Assembly (NCBI GenBank): GCA_026416845.1
Contig: JAOAEL010000003.1
Location: 5,447-69,446 of the forward strand
DNA from: Patescibacteria group bacterium
GTDB taxonomy: Bacteria; Patescibacteriota; Microgenomatia; UBA8517
DNA length: 64,000 nucleotides
Reading direction: 5' to 3'
Positions 50,365-61,464 of this stretch are shown piece by piece. Within the stretch, counting starts at the first letter, position 1; each line of letters begins with the position of its first letter. Under the pieces are notes generated by a model. It was given only the letters and a program-made list of their open reading frames with translations, did no database searches and was not told the origin of the DNA. A program made the translations under genes and the position numbers.

Positions 50365-52338
50365 ATGAAAAAACTAAAAAAAAATCAGATTAAAAAGCAA
50401 TCTTTTATATTAGTTCTAACTGCGTTTTTAACTTTATCGCTAATAATAGCAATATATTTGCAAATAAACAGGAAACAAAAACCTATAGAACAAACAATTG
50501 CCACTACTTTAGTAAATGTTTCTCCAATTACAGATTCTATTTTGTCAGATTTTCCTTTCCCAAGAGGCAAATCAGCTCCTTTTGGTTGGTATAGTTGTGG
50601 AGGAGCAGAAGGAAACCCGCCAAGCTATTCTAATATCATGTCCCCAAATAATCCTTGTATTGTTGATAAGTACACTGTTATATTTCCAAGTTTTGGTTTC
50701 GGGGTCAGAAAAACATCTCCGCCTTACAACACCGGAAATCCTTTGATTACAAAAATGAGAGATCTTGATCGTGCAAAACAACATCTTGTTTACCTTGGTT
50801 GCAATTGGAGGAACCCTGATCCTAATGCTACTGGAAACAATTATTACTATAATGCAGCTTGCGAAGATCCTGTTCTTTGGGAAGAAGAAATAAAAAAATT
50901 AAAAGATCAAGGAGTAACAGAAAATGACTTTTTCGCATTTTACCAAACAGATGAACAACACCATTATAATGCACAATTAGCAATGTATAATGCTGTTAAA
51001 AAATACTATCCAAATGTTCCAGTGTTTGCATCACTAAATGACAAAACAAATCTCACCTACAGAGTACCTAAAATAGACGTTTTGGTCGCACAAAGTTATC
51101 CTTATGCTAATGGTGAAAAAATTGCTGGCACATATCTTCGTTTAGCACGAACAATACCTAGATGGCATAATAATAAAAACAACATAAGAATACCTGTTTT
51201 TATGGCAACAGAATCTTATGGAATTTGTAAAGTCGTTCCTGATAATCCTTCTTTAAACACTATTGAAAAAATAAAAAACAGAATAAAAGTTAGTAACATA
51301 ATGGGAATAATGGCCGGAGCGCAAGGAATCATTTCTTACTTTATGGGAACAGAATACGAAAAAGATTGCAACGACAAGTGTGCCAGGTCAACTCCATGTG
51401 AAATCGCACATAAAGAGTTTTATCCTATTTATAATCACATTTGGCCTTGGATTTTAGCAGGAAAAAGAGAAGAATTGCCTGTAAATATTCATAGCGGAGT
51501 AATGATTTCAAGATTAAATAAAACCAGCTTTGTTTATGAACCCAAAAACAACGATATCGGTCCGTTAGAATATAAAACTGTTGTTTCTTGGAAATTTTTA
51601 AACGATTCCAATCAACCTTTAATTTTAGTTGCAAGCCTACTGGAACCATCAGAAACTGTTGAACCAAACAATATAACAATTCAAAATGTACCAAATGGTA
51701 TATACGCAGTTATTGGAGAAAATAAAAATATTGCTGTAACTAGCAATACAATACAAGACACAATTTATCCTTATGGATATCGAATATATCAGTTTGTAAC
51801 TGGTTTTACACCAACACCAACACCAACTCCAACTCCAACACCAACACCAACACCAACACCAACACCAACACCAACTCCAACTCCAACACCAACACCAACT
51901 CCAACAAATTTTGTCAAGATATTAAGAAAATTTAGTAATGCTAAATACTCTATCTCCACTGTTTCTGAAAACATGCAACCATTTACAGACAGGTCAATAA
52001 CTTTAGTATCGGTACCCAAAAAATACTTAGGAGATGTAATACTTCGAACCCCTGTTGAAGATAGAAATAAAACTGAGACAAGATTAATAGAATTGAATAT
52101 AAGTCACAAATCTCAAGTCTATATCGCGTTTGACTCTAGAGTGCCAAGCACAAGTTTACCTTCTTGGCTTTCAGAAAAAAATGGCTGGACAAAAACAAAT
52201 GACGTGCTTCAGTTAAGTGAGTCATCAAAAAGTCATACCTTATATGTAAAAGAATACCCTGCAGGAAATCTGATTTTAAGCGGAGCCAGCCTTCCAGATT
52301 ATTACTTTAATTACTATGTGATAATAAAAAAGATTTGA
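50365..52338 (+). CDS. Secreted or anchored glycoside-hydrolase-like protein with PT linker and C-terminal beta module
   Basis: N-terminal TM segment; TIM-barrel-like TDE...YPY...TE...GAQGI pattern; (TP)n linker; beta-rich C-terminal domain. Confidence 0.55.
   Translation: MKKLKKNQIKKQSFILVLTAFLTLSLIIAIYLQINRKQKPIEQTIATTLVNVSPITDSILSDFPFPRGKSAPFGWYSCGGAEGNPPSYSNIMSPNNPCIVDKYTVIFPSFGFGVRKTSPPYNTGNPLITKMRDLDRAKQHLVYLGCNWRNPDPNATGNNYYYNAACEDPVLWEEEIKKLKDQGVTENDFFAFYQTDEQHHYNAQLAMYNAVKKYYPNVPVFASLNDKTNLTYRVPKIDVLVAQSYPYANGEKIAGTYLRLARTIPRWHNNKNNIRIPVFMATESYGICKVVPDNPSLNTIEKIKNRIKVSNIMGIMAGAQGIISYFMGTEYEKDCNDKCARSTPCEIAHKEFYPIYNHIWPWILAGKREELPVNIHSGVMISRLNKTSFVYEPKNNDIGPLEYKTVVSWKFLNDSNQPLILVASLLEPSETVEPNNITIQNVPNGIYAVIGENKNIAVTSNTIQDTIYPYGYRIYQFVTGFTPTPTPTPTPTPTPTPTPTPTPTPTPTPTPTPTNFVKILRKFSNAKYSISTVSENMQPFTDRSITLVSVPKKYLGDVILRTPVEDRNKTETRLIELNISHKSQVYIAFDSRVPSTSLPSWLSEKNGWTKTNDVLQLSESSKSHTLYVKEYPAGNLILSGASLPDYYFNYYVIIKKI
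51808..51906 (+). repeat. Hexanucleotide (ACW CCA)n repeat encoding a Thr-Pro linker
   Basis: 33 codons of alternating T and P. Confidence 0.95.
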
Positions 52339-52545
52339 CTTAAATCTGTTTTATTTCTAAAGTATGAATTATTTTTTTATGACTTCGTAGTTTCTTCTTA
52401 GTTAGTTAATTGGTTAGCATTTCAATATAAAACAATTTTTAATAAATAAATGTTATAATCTTTATTTGTATATTTGTATTCGTAAATTTTTAAAAGTAAG
52501 ATTAAGTATATTTCCTTTTAACTTTCATATAATTCTTAGATATGT

Positions 52546-53967
52546 ATGTCTAAATTTTACATTACTACAACTCTACCTTATGTAAATGCGAATCCTCATA
52601 TAGGATTCGCGCTTGAAATAGTTCAGGCAGATACAATAGCTCGCACGCATAGATTGCTCGGCGACGAAGTAATATTCAACTTTGGTACAGATGAGCACGG
52701 CCTAAAAATTTACAAAAAAGCTTTGGAAGAAGGAAAAAATCCACAAGACTATGTAGATGAATACGCCAAAAAGTTTGATGCTCTCAAAGAAGCTTTAAAT
52801 CTAACTTACACTAATTTCATAAGAACAACAAATCCTATCCATAAAAAGGCCGCTCAAGAATTTTGGAAAAGATGTCTGGAAAACAAAGATATTTACAAAA
52901 AAATGTACAAAGTCAAATACTGTGTAGGTTGCGAATTAGAAAAAACAGAATCCGAACTTGTTGAAGGTAAATGTCCTCTTCATCCTAACTTGGAATTGGA
53001 AATAATAGAAGAAGAAAATTATTTTTTTAGATTTTCAAAATATCAAAAACCACTTTTGAATTTTTACAAAGAGAACCCAAACTTTATTGTTCCAAACAGT
53101 AAATTTAAGGAAATTAAATCTTTTGTTAAAAAAGGGCTGCAAGACTTTTCTATCTCGCGACTAAAAGCGAAAATGCCTTGGGGTATTGACATACCAAATG
53201 ATCCAGAACAGGTAATGTATGTTTGGTTTGACGCGCTTATAAATTACATATCCACACTTGGATGGCCTAAACAAGATAGCAACTATAAGAATTTCTGGCC
53301 AGGATACCAATTTGCAGGCAAAGACAATTTACGCCAGCAAGCAGCAATTTGGCAAGCAATGCTTATGTCCGCAGGATTGCCCAATTCACGTCAAATATTC
53401 ATACATGGTTTTATAACCGTAAATGGGCAAAAAATAAGCAAGTCTTTAGGAAATGCCATTAATCCCATTGAGATAGTTAACAAATATGGCACCGATGCTT
53501 TAAGATATTACCTCCTAGCAAAAATCCATCCTTACGAAGATAGCGATTTTACTTATGAAAAATTTGAAAAAGTTTACAACGCTGATCTTGCCAACGGACT
53601 TGGAAATTTATTTGCTCGCATTTCTGCAATGACTCGAAATTTGCAAATAGAAACTGACAAAAAAAAGTTAAAAATTTCCAAAGAGGTCGTAAATTGGTTA
53701 TCTGAATATCGTTTTGACAAAGCTTTAAAATTTGTATGGCAACAAATAAAAAAAGCTGATATTTACATAAATGAAAACAAAGTTTGGGAGTTGCCAAACA
53801 TAAAGAAAAAAAACGCACTCTCTTATTTAATCAATGCAATCGAACAAATCGCATTTGACCTTCAACCATTTTTGCCAGAAACTGCAGAAAAAATCCTTAA
53901 TTACGATTTCACATTAATAAAAGCTCCTCAAAAACCTCTCTTCCCAAGGTTAAAACAAAATAAATGA
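52546..53967 (+). CDS. metG: Methionine--tRNA ligase (short form)
   Basis: PYVNANPHIGF, GTDEHG, YVWFDAL and KISKSLGN motifs. Confidence 0.97.
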   Translation: MSKFYITTTLPYVNANPHIGFALEIVQADTIARTHRLLGDEVIFNFGTDEHGLKIYKKALEEGKNPQDYVDEYAKKFDALKEALNLTYTNFIRTTNPIHKKAAQEFWKRCLENKDIYKKMYKVKYCVGCELEKTESELVEGKCPLHPNLELEIIEEENYFFRFSKYQKPLLNFYKENPNFIVPNSKFKEIKSFVKKGLQDFSISRLKAKMPWGIDIPNDPEQVMYVWFDALINYISTLGWPKQDSNYKNFWPGYQFAGKDNLRQQAAIWQAMLMSAGLPNSRQIFIHGFITVNGQKISKSLGNAINPIEIVNKYGTDALRYYLLAKIHPYEDSDFTYEKFEKVYNADLANGLGNLFARISAMTRNLQIETDKKKLKISKEVVNWLSEYRFDKALKFVWQQIKKADIYINENKVWELPNIKKKNALSYLINAIEQIAFDLQPFLPETAEKILNYDFTLIKAPQKPLFPRLKQNK

Positions 53968-55454
53968 AAACCTTTGTATCAAAACACGATCAATTAATAA
54001 CACGATTACTGGAAATTTTACCCGGATTTACATCGTGGAACTTAATACTGTTCCCTTATTGGGGAATATTTTTGATTCCAAATTTAACAGCATATTTCAT
54101 ATTAGTTTTTAATGTTTACTGGTTTTATCAATCTCTAACAATCGCAATCTCTTCAGTAATCACGCATCTGCGAATACAAGAAACAATCAAAACAAATTGG
54201 GTTAACGAACTCAAAAAATTAAAAAATTACAAGCATGTGCATCATGCTATCATTGTTACCACATACAAAGAACCACTTCATACATTAGAAAAAACACTTG
54301 ACAACATCGCAAATCAAACACTTCCCAAAAACCAAATTTCAGTTTGTTTGGCAATGGAAGCCGCTGAACCGGAAGAAGAAAGAATACCCAAAGTAAAAGC
54401 ATTGCAAAAAAAATTTAGAAACAAATTTGCAAATTTTTTTGTAACTGTGCACACGCTCGCCAAAGGAGAAATCAAAGGCAAAGCCTCAAACGAAAGATAC
54501 GCGGCAATCTGGTTAAAAAATGAACTTGTGGACAAAAGAAAAATGAATATAAAAAATATCATAGTCACAAGTTGCGATGCCGATCATGCATATCACCAAA
54601 GCCATTTTGCGCTTCTAACTTACCAATTTTTGAAAAACCCAAACAGATTGGATACATTCTGGCAAGGGGCGGTTTTGTTTTACAAAAATATCTGGGAATT
54701 GCCAATGATAAGCAGAGTCCTAAACACTCTAATGTCCATGTGGCAATTTTCTCAACTATCAAGAAAAGATAGACTAATAAACGGACAAAATTACTCTTTG
54801 CCACTTTACCTGCTTGACAAAGCTGGCTACTGGGACCCTGACAAAATACCTGAAGATTGGGGAATATTTTTCAAATCTTTTTATGCAAATAATGGCAAAG
54901 TGGAAGTTGAACCTTTGTATTTGCCTGTTTTGGTAGACGCGGCCCAATCAACAACATTTTGGAAAACGATGGTAAACCAATACGAACAACTCAAACGTTG
55001 GGCATGGGGAGTTTCCGACACTCCCTGGATTGTAAAAAATTATTTATTTTCAAGAAACGTTCCCTTCGCATCAAAAACTTTCAGATTAATAACATTTGCT
55101 TGGTCGCACTTCTTGTGGCCTGTAAATTGGTTTCTGATTACAATAGGACTTACTTTGCCATCTTTTATAAATCCAGCTTTTGGAAGAACCACATTAGGAT
55201 ACATGGTTCCACAAGTGTCTTCTCTTCTTCTGACAATAGCGTTATGTTTTTTGGTTGTAATGCTTATTTTTGACAACATTTATCGTCCACCTAAACCTGC
55301 AAATTACCCAAAATGGAAAGTTTTTATAAAACCGCTTGAGTTTGTGTTAATGCCTGTTGTTGGTTTTGTGTTTGGAGCATTGCCGGGGCTGGATGCACAC
55401 ACCAGACTGATGATGGGAAAATATATTGACTATAGGGTTACCGAAAAAGTGTAA
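53964..55454 (+). CDS. Membrane GT2-family glycosyltransferase
   Basis: DAD, PED and QLKRW processive-GT2 motifs; several TM segments. Confidence 0.85.
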   Translation: MKTFVSKHDQLITRLLEILPGFTSWNLILFPYWGIFLIPNLTAYFILVFNVYWFYQSLTIAISSVITHLRIQETIKTNWVNELKKLKNYKHVHHAIIVTTYKEPLHTLEKTLDNIANQTLPKNQISVCLAMEAAEPEEERIPKVKALQKKFRNKFANFFVTVHTLAKGEIKGKASNERYAAIWLKNELVDKRKMNIKNIIVTSCDADHAYHQSHFALLTYQFLKNPNRLDTFWQGAVLFYKNIWELPMISRVLNTLMSMWQFSQLSRKDRLINGQNYSLPLYLLDKAGYWDPDKIPEDWGIFFKSFYANNGKVEVEPLYLPVLVDAAQSTTFWKTMVNQYEQLKRWAWGVSDTPWIVKNYLFSRNVPFASKTFRLITFAWSHFLWPVNWFLITIGLTLPSFINPAFGRTTLGYMVPQVSSLLLTIALCFLVVMLIFDNIYRPPKPANYPKWKVFIKPLEFVLMPVVGFVFGALPGLDAHTRLMMGKYIDYRVTEKV

Positions 55455-55559
55455 TACAAAACAAACAAATCAAATAAAATATAAATCTGTTTAAATACTA
55501 TTTCAATATTAATCACTCAAATTTTAATTCGTGGAATAACACAAGCAATCTTAAAGTAA

Positions 55560-56075
55560 AACTTAGCTTCTCTTTTCTCTTAAAGCGTCAACCAAAGGAC
55601 TTGGTGAAATTTTTGGATCTGAAGAGACATCAGCCATGGCTAACAAAAATCTAATCATCTCATATCCATTATATACAGCGCCTATTCTAATCATATTTAC
55701 TTTGTCCATAATTTTTTATCAATTCAGCAACCTTACGCAAGTTTTCAGTAAAAGAACCTATTTGAGTATCCAAAACTAAACTTATGGTACCTCTAATTCT
55801 ATTAGCATATTCATCACTATCATAAAATCCAAAAGCGGATATTACACTTCCTTGAAAGATCCGAAAACATCTGATTCATCATAATATCTTGTCCCAAAAA
55901 CAAATCCTATTGGTTTTAATCTCTCTAAAGGTGTGGCAATCGCAATTTCCACCTTTAATCTACTATAAATTTCATCTGAAAAAATATAACTCGCAAATAA
56001 AAAATACTCTGTCTCCAAACAATCAACATATTTAGTAATCTTTCCAGAAATTCTTCCAGAAATTCTTAGTAACAA
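55560..56075 (-). pseudogene. Probable decayed gene remnant
   Basis: A 77-aa ORF continues protein-like in another frame (GSVISAFGFYDSDEYANRIRGTISL...) and then hits stops. Identity unknown and boundaries approximate. Confidence 0.3.
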
Positions 56076-56342
56076 AGGACAAAAGAAACATGATCTTTAA
56101 GCCTAGCTTGTTTTACTTGGTGCAATATTATTAAAAAAAGCCAATTTCATTATTAACTTTGTTGTTGAAACATTCGCAAATGTTGCTTGGCTTTGGTTGT
56201 TTTTATAATATCTTCGTACGGATTTATAGAAAACAATATCATCAATCCTATAACTACCAAACTTGCAGCATAAAAAATTTGTGGATACAAATTAAAGCAA
56301 ACTAAAACAATAAGCAATATTCTGTCAAGCTCAGTAAGTAAA

Positions 56343-57005
56343 TTAGATATATAAATAAATTAACAAAAACGCCAAAATTGCCAAAATAGCAACAATTATA
56401 ACTCCCAAACTAATAATCCACGCTAGTACTTTCCTCGCTTTACTAACCTCTCTAACCTGAAGAACTACTGTTTTTGCAATTTTGTCATGCCATCCCTGGT
56501 TTTTCTTATCAAACAAAATCCACAAAAATCCAATCATAAAAAATAATGAAGAAATTGTCTTGCCAACCACTTCTCTTAGTATCACTCTAAACCAAGTAAT
56601 CTCTGCCCCGTCTTCTGATCTAACCTCCAAACCAACAAATTGCTTGCCAAATGTCGCATTTTTAAACCTTAACAAAAAAACACCATAAAAAACAGAAATT
56701 AAGCTGGATAAATTCTGAGCCATATTCCAATTTTGTAATACACTTAAGTTATTACTCCTATAATTACTTGCCTCATAAAGCAAAGCGTAATAAAAAGGAA
56801 ATAAGAAAAAAATAACCATGACAAAAATTATCAATGCATCAAGAATAGCTGCAATAAAACGAAGTGATAAACTTGCATATGCGTACGTCTCCCTAGTACC
56901 AGTAGTACAAGTCTGACCCTCGGCAACCGCAGCAACATTATTATTACTTTTAGTTTGATTTACCGATCCTATGTTTTCACTTACCTCACTTGTGTGTTCG
57001 TACAT
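56343..57005 (-). CDS. RDD-family membrane protein
   Basis: RFIAAILD, ATFGKQFVGLEV and QGWHDKIAKTVV motifs. Confidence 0.9.
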   Translation of the reverse strand: MYEHTSEVSENIGSVNQTKSNNNVAAVAEGQTCTTGTRETYAYASLSLRFIAAILDALIIFVMVIFFLFPFYYALLYEASNYRSNNLSVLQNWNMAQNLSSLISVFYGVFLLRFKNATFGKQFVGLEVRSEDGAEITWFRVILREVVGKTISSLFFMIGFLWILFDKKNQGWHDKIAKTVVLQVREVSKARKVLAWIISLGVIIVAILAILAFLLIYLYI

Positions 57006-57162
57006 GTGTATTTACACTTTACCACATACCAGAGATCTCTCAATACTCTATTTGAATTAAACAAATGCCTTGGTCAACAGATATCAAAATTGCTTAACAA
57101 AAACTTTGGCATTGGCATCCCAAATGCCTATTCTATACCATTATTTTGCTAGTCAAATGTTA

Positions 57163-57900
57163 CTATAACTGATAATTTTTCAACCAGATCACATAATCAA
57201 TTCCATCTATCAATCCATTGTTGTCAAAATCACCATATCTCGCTCCTTTTTTAGCTTGCAAATAATTATTTAACCATATCACATAATCACTTCCATCTAC
57301 TTTATTGTCACAATTTGCATCTCCGGCTTTTGTACAATAAATAGACGGAATTGGACTGGTTGACATTAGACTGTTATTAATACAAGTTTCTTTCACATCT
57401 TTAATAACTCCATGCAACTGCGGCGAGTTAAAAAGATATTGACGATACTCTGCAGGATTTCTCCATGGGTAATAAATTAATCCATCAAGAGTTCCTGTAC
57501 TAATTATTTCACAAGTAAAATTTTTCAATTGCGAATATGTCGGCATTATATAATTACCACTTGGAGCTCCACCAAAAGTCTGAACCGAAAAAAATAATTG
57601 TGCATTAATGCCTCTTTCTTGTAAAATTTTTCTATCATTTTTTACACTCTCGATAGCATCCTGACAACTTCCCTCTGCGCCACCAAAACAATGAAGCCAA
57701 ACCGCAATTATATCTCCCATACCATTTGTAATTTTGGCACTAGAATTTTGTTTCTCTAAATCCGCAATTCCATCCATATAGACAAAAACTGGAACGTCTG
57801 GCGCTATTCTCTTCATTGCGGCATAAAGATTCCTGATGTCATCATTTGCTGTAGCCAAGTTGAGACCAGCTGACCAATATGGCTCATTAATATTGAACAC
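57163..57900 (-). CDS. Glycosidase-like fragment with C-terminal dockerin-type domain; 5' end apparently decayed
   Basis: INEPYW...PDVPVF; duplicated GDANCDNKVDGSDY/GDFDNNGLIDGIDY calcium-binding loops; no signal peptide, and stops in the upstream frame. Confidence 0.65.
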   Translation of the reverse strand: MFNINEPYWSAGLNLATANDDIRNLYAAMKRIAPDVPVFVYMDGIADLEKQNSSAKITNGMGDIIAVWLHCFGGAEGSCQDAIESVKNDRKILQERGINAQLFFSVQTFGGAPSGNYIMPTYSQLKNFTCEIISTGTLDGLIYYPWRNPAEYRQYLFNSPQLHGVIKDVKETCINNSLMSTSPIPSIYCTKAGDANCDNKVDGSDYVIWLNNYLQAKKGARYGDFDNNGLIDGIDYVIWLKNYQL

Positions 57901-58498
57901 TACAAGTACAATTATTATCCTTAAACATGATTTAATTAATGCATATTCACCCCAAGACTTGCCTCAATACCGTTTCGCAAACAACACGCGGTTTTACTTG
58001 ACATATAATCTTAAATACCACAATTATCTAATCACTTCAGATAACTTCCCAAAACATCTCTTTGGAAGCAAAGATTCCATCACAAAATTTAATTCATGTG
58101 ATTTTACACAAACCATATCTTGAACATCAACTGTACCGCGTCATGCCATTAAAAGAACTTTAGATTGTGCAAAAACAATTTGATTAGAAAGAAAAAAAAG
58201 ATAAAAATGTCTTAATTTCAAGCATTTTTTGTAAAATCCTATAACCTAATTTATTTCTAGTTTAATTTGCTGTCTTTACATCTGGGTTTTGATAGATGAA
58301 ATTTCAATTTATGGAAATTTAGTTTGCGTTATTTTTCTCTAAGACAGAAAAAGCCTGACAAAAATTAAACAAATAAAAAACATATAATGAAAAACAACCT
58401 AATTTTAATTATTTTAAATATACAAAAAGAAACTAACCTTTATCTAAATTAACTATTATTATAGTGTTATCAATTATAGTGTTAGCAATAAGCTTTTT

Positions 58499-59869
58499 AT
58501 GGATAACCAACTAATAACAAGTATTTGGGGAGATGAAGGATTTAGCGCAATTTTGTCAATGAGGCCAATACCAGAAATTTTAAAAATTGTCTCTCAAGAT
58601 ACATCTCCTCCCCTTTGGAATATTTTGCTACATTGCACTTTTCAGCTTTTTGGTACAAGTGAAGTTGTAATAAGAAGTCTATCGTTAATTTTCTACATTC
58701 TGGCAATAATTTTTACATTCAGAATCGGATCGATTTTGTGGAGTAAAAAAACAGGCGCGATTGCCGCTAGTCTTACAGCTCTAAATCCATTTTTCTTTAT
58801 GTACGCGTTTGAAGGTCGCATGTACTCTATTCTCGCGCTTGGAGTAACAGCTTCTATGTACCATTTCTTAAAGATCATCACTCGTGAAAAAGGTGAAATA
58901 ACAAAAACAACAACAAAAATCGGCTATGTTTTTTGGACTCTTTGGGCTTTGTACTCGCATCATTTTGCAACATTTGCACTTGTTGCGCAAGGTTTGTGGT
59001 TTTTATACGAAATCGCTTTGGGAAATCGCAAGAACGGTCGTATCTTATTTAAACTTTTCCTTTTTGTAGGACTCGGCTATATCCCATGGATCTGGCCACT
59101 TTACATGCAAATTACAAAGTTAAGTAGCGGCTTTTGGCTTGGCAAACCCGACTATGAAGATCTGAAAATCTTAATATATGACTACTTGGCGGAAGGAATA
59201 AAGAGCCTTGATTATAAAATTCCACTTCTGAATCTGCCAATTCATAAATTAGCTTTGTACTCCGTTTTTGGCATTTTGCTAACTCGCAAATGGTGGAAGG
59301 GGATCAAAAAAAGTTTGTTTCTTCTTTTATGGTTTTTCGCGCCAATCGCCACTGTTTGGATTATTTCACAATATTTCACATCAATTTTTTACAATCGCTA
59401 TCTTTTATTCACAATACCAAGCGCTATGCTTATACTGGCTTCACTAAGATCAAAATTATCTATAATTCCAATTTCATTAACAATAATTATCTTTGGCATA
59501 ATTGATTTTCATTATTTTGTAAATCCAACAAAAATGCCCTTCCGTGAATATTCAGCTTATGTAAAAAATATTTTAAGCGAGGATGAGAATATCTTTTTAA
59601 TTAATTGGAATTCAAGCGCTCATCATTTATGGGAATCAAAATACTACAAAATTACAGCACCTTTGTACCTGCCAAACGGAAACAATTTGCCTTATTATGT
59701 TGGCACTGCCTTAATGACAGAAGAAGATATAATACGAAAGCTTCCCAACGCTTCAAAAATTGGTGTAATAACGTCTGGAAACCCAGATGAGGTTGTCTTT
59801 GAAGGCTACAAAAAAACTGAAATGAAAAATTTTGAAGGTTTGAAATTTTTGTTGTTTGAGAAAGGATAA
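58499..59869 (+). CDS. GT-C fold membrane glycosyltransferase (GT39/83-like)
   Basis: SIWGDE, DTSPPL and EGRMYS motifs; multi-TM. Confidence 0.82.
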   Translation: MDNQLITSIWGDEGFSAILSMRPIPEILKIVSQDTSPPLWNILLHCTFQLFGTSEVVIRSLSLIFYILAIIFTFRIGSILWSKKTGAIAASLTALNPFFFMYAFEGRMYSILALGVTASMYHFLKIITREKGEITKTTTKIGYVFWTLWALYSHHFATFALVAQGLWFLYEIALGNRKNGRILFKLFLFVGLGYIPWIWPLYMQITKLSSGFWLGKPDYEDLKILIYDYLAEGIKSLDYKIPLLNLPIHKLALYSVFGILLTRKWWKGIKKSLFLLLWFFAPIATVWIISQYFTSIFYNRYLLFTIPSAMLILASLRSKLSIIPISLTIIIFGIIDFHYFVNPTKMPFREYSAYVKNILSEDENIFLINWNSSAHHLWESKYYKITAPLYLPNGNNLPYYVGTALMTEEDIIRKLPNASKIGVITSGNPDEVVFEGYKKTEMKNFEGLKFLLFEKG

Positions 59870-59956
59870 AAATTATTTACTCCGTACAAATAAGCATACT
59901 ATACTTAACCAATACATTAACAGAATGTTAGCAAATAACTCAAAAAGCAATTTATT

Positions 59957-61399
59957 ATGCCAAAATGGCTATTCTTACTTTTAATTGCAGTTCTTTTGAT
60001 TAGAATACCAACTTTTTTTGAACCATATTCTTATGGGGATGAGATGATATACCTCACAATAGGTGAAGGAATCAGGCAAGGACTAACTCTTTACAAAGAT
60101 CTGCACGACAACAAACCACCACTTATTTATTTTACCGCCGCAATTGCGCAAAGCTTATTTTGGTTTAAAGCAATTCTTGCCTTGTGGAATTTGGTGACAA
60201 TTTTTTTGTTCTGGAAATTAACTGAAAAATTTTTCAACGAAACAAAAAAAGCAAGACTGGTGGCAACTTCAATTTTTGCAATTTTGACAAATATTCCCCT
60301 CTTGGAAGGAAATATAGCAAACGCCGAAATTTTTATGATTGGATTTACAATTATCTCTCTCTTATTTCTGTTTAAAAAAAATGCGAGTTTCAACGACTTT
60401 TTTATAAGCGGGATTTTTTTATCCATTGCAGGACTTTACAAAATTCCCGCCTTACTTGATTCTTTGGCAATTTTAATGCTTTTTGCTTACAAATCAAAAA
60501 CAGATCAAATCAAACTCATAAATCTAATAAAAAACCTAACCCACTTTGTCGCTGGACTTTCTGTCCCGATAATCTTTACTCTTGTCTGGTATTCGTCCAA
60601 GGGTGTTTTAAATGAATATGTTTCAGCAACAATAATCCAAAATTTCGATTATTTGTCATCTTGGAGGCCGGATGATGTTCAAAAATCATTTTTCATTAGA
60701 AACTATCCCCTTTTTGTGCGCTTTTTAATTTTAGCAGTGGTGTTTGCAATCATCTTTGTAAAAAGAAGAGAAATTGATAAAAATTTCGCATTTGCCACTG
60801 CGTGGTTGCTTACATCCACTTTCGCGGTAACATTATCCGAAAGACCATACCCTCATTATCTGATTCAATCTGTACCCGGAATTTCTATAATGTTGTCCTA
60901 TTTCTTAACCAATAAATCAAAATTCCAAGTATATGCTTTATTCCCCCTGTTTATAGTAATTGCTGTTCCTTTTTATTACAAATTCTGGTACTACGAGCCA
61001 ATTTCATATTATAAATCGTTTATATCATTCGCGTTAGGCAACTATACAAAAGAGGAATACTTTCAAACTTTCGGAGAAAACATCAATAGAAACTACAAAA
61101 TAGCAAAATACATAAACAATAATTCCCATCGCTATAACAACATTTTTGTATGGGACGACTCTCCATCTTTATACGCCCTTACCAGAAGACTTCCCACAAT
61201 CAAATACGTGGCAGGATACCACATTAATGAATTTGCAAACAAAAAGGATATTATTGATCAAATGCAAAAAAAACCGCCAGAGTATGTGGTAGTCATTCCT
61301 AATTCGGAACAATTTAATGAACTGGAAATTTTTTTACAGGAAAGATATGCTTTTGCTTTACAAATTGATGAAGCTAAAATCTGGAAAAGGCTTTATTGA
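59957..61399 (+). CDS. GT-C fold membrane glycosyltransferase
   Basis: YGDEMIY, DNKPPL, NAEIF and YPHYL motifs; multi-TM. Confidence 0.8.
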   Translation: MPKWLFLLLIAVLLIRIPTFFEPYSYGDEMIYLTIGEGIRQGLTLYKDLHDNKPPLIYFTAAIAQSLFWFKAILALWNLVTIFLFWKLTEKFFNETKKARLVATSIFAILTNIPLLEGNIANAEIFMIGFTIISLLFLFKKNASFNDFFISGIFLSIAGLYKIPALLDSLAILMLFAYKSKTDQIKLINLIKNLTHFVAGLSVPIIFTLVWYSSKGVLNEYVSATIIQNFDYLSSWRPDDVQKSFFIRNYPLFVRFLILAVVFAIIFVKRREIDKNFAFATAWLLTSTFAVTLSERPYPHYLIQSVPGISIMLSYFLTNKSKFQVYALFPLFIVIAVPFYYKFWYYEPISYYKSFISFALGNYTKEEYFQTFGENINRNYKIAKYINNNSHRYNNIFVWDDSPSLYALTRRLPTIKYVAGYHINEFANKKDIIDQMQKKPPEYVVVIPNSEQFNELEIFLQERYAFALQIDEAKIWKRLY

Positions 61400-61464
61400 T
61401 GCCTAATTAATTTCTTATAATTTTAAGCCTGATTCTTCTTAAATAAACAAAGTATAATGCTTCC

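Noticed and set aside
51789-52019. Minus-strand ORF with a (GV)n repeat; possible CRISPR or tandem array
   Set aside because: It is the antisense of the Thr-Pro linker; hexamer repeat with no spacers.
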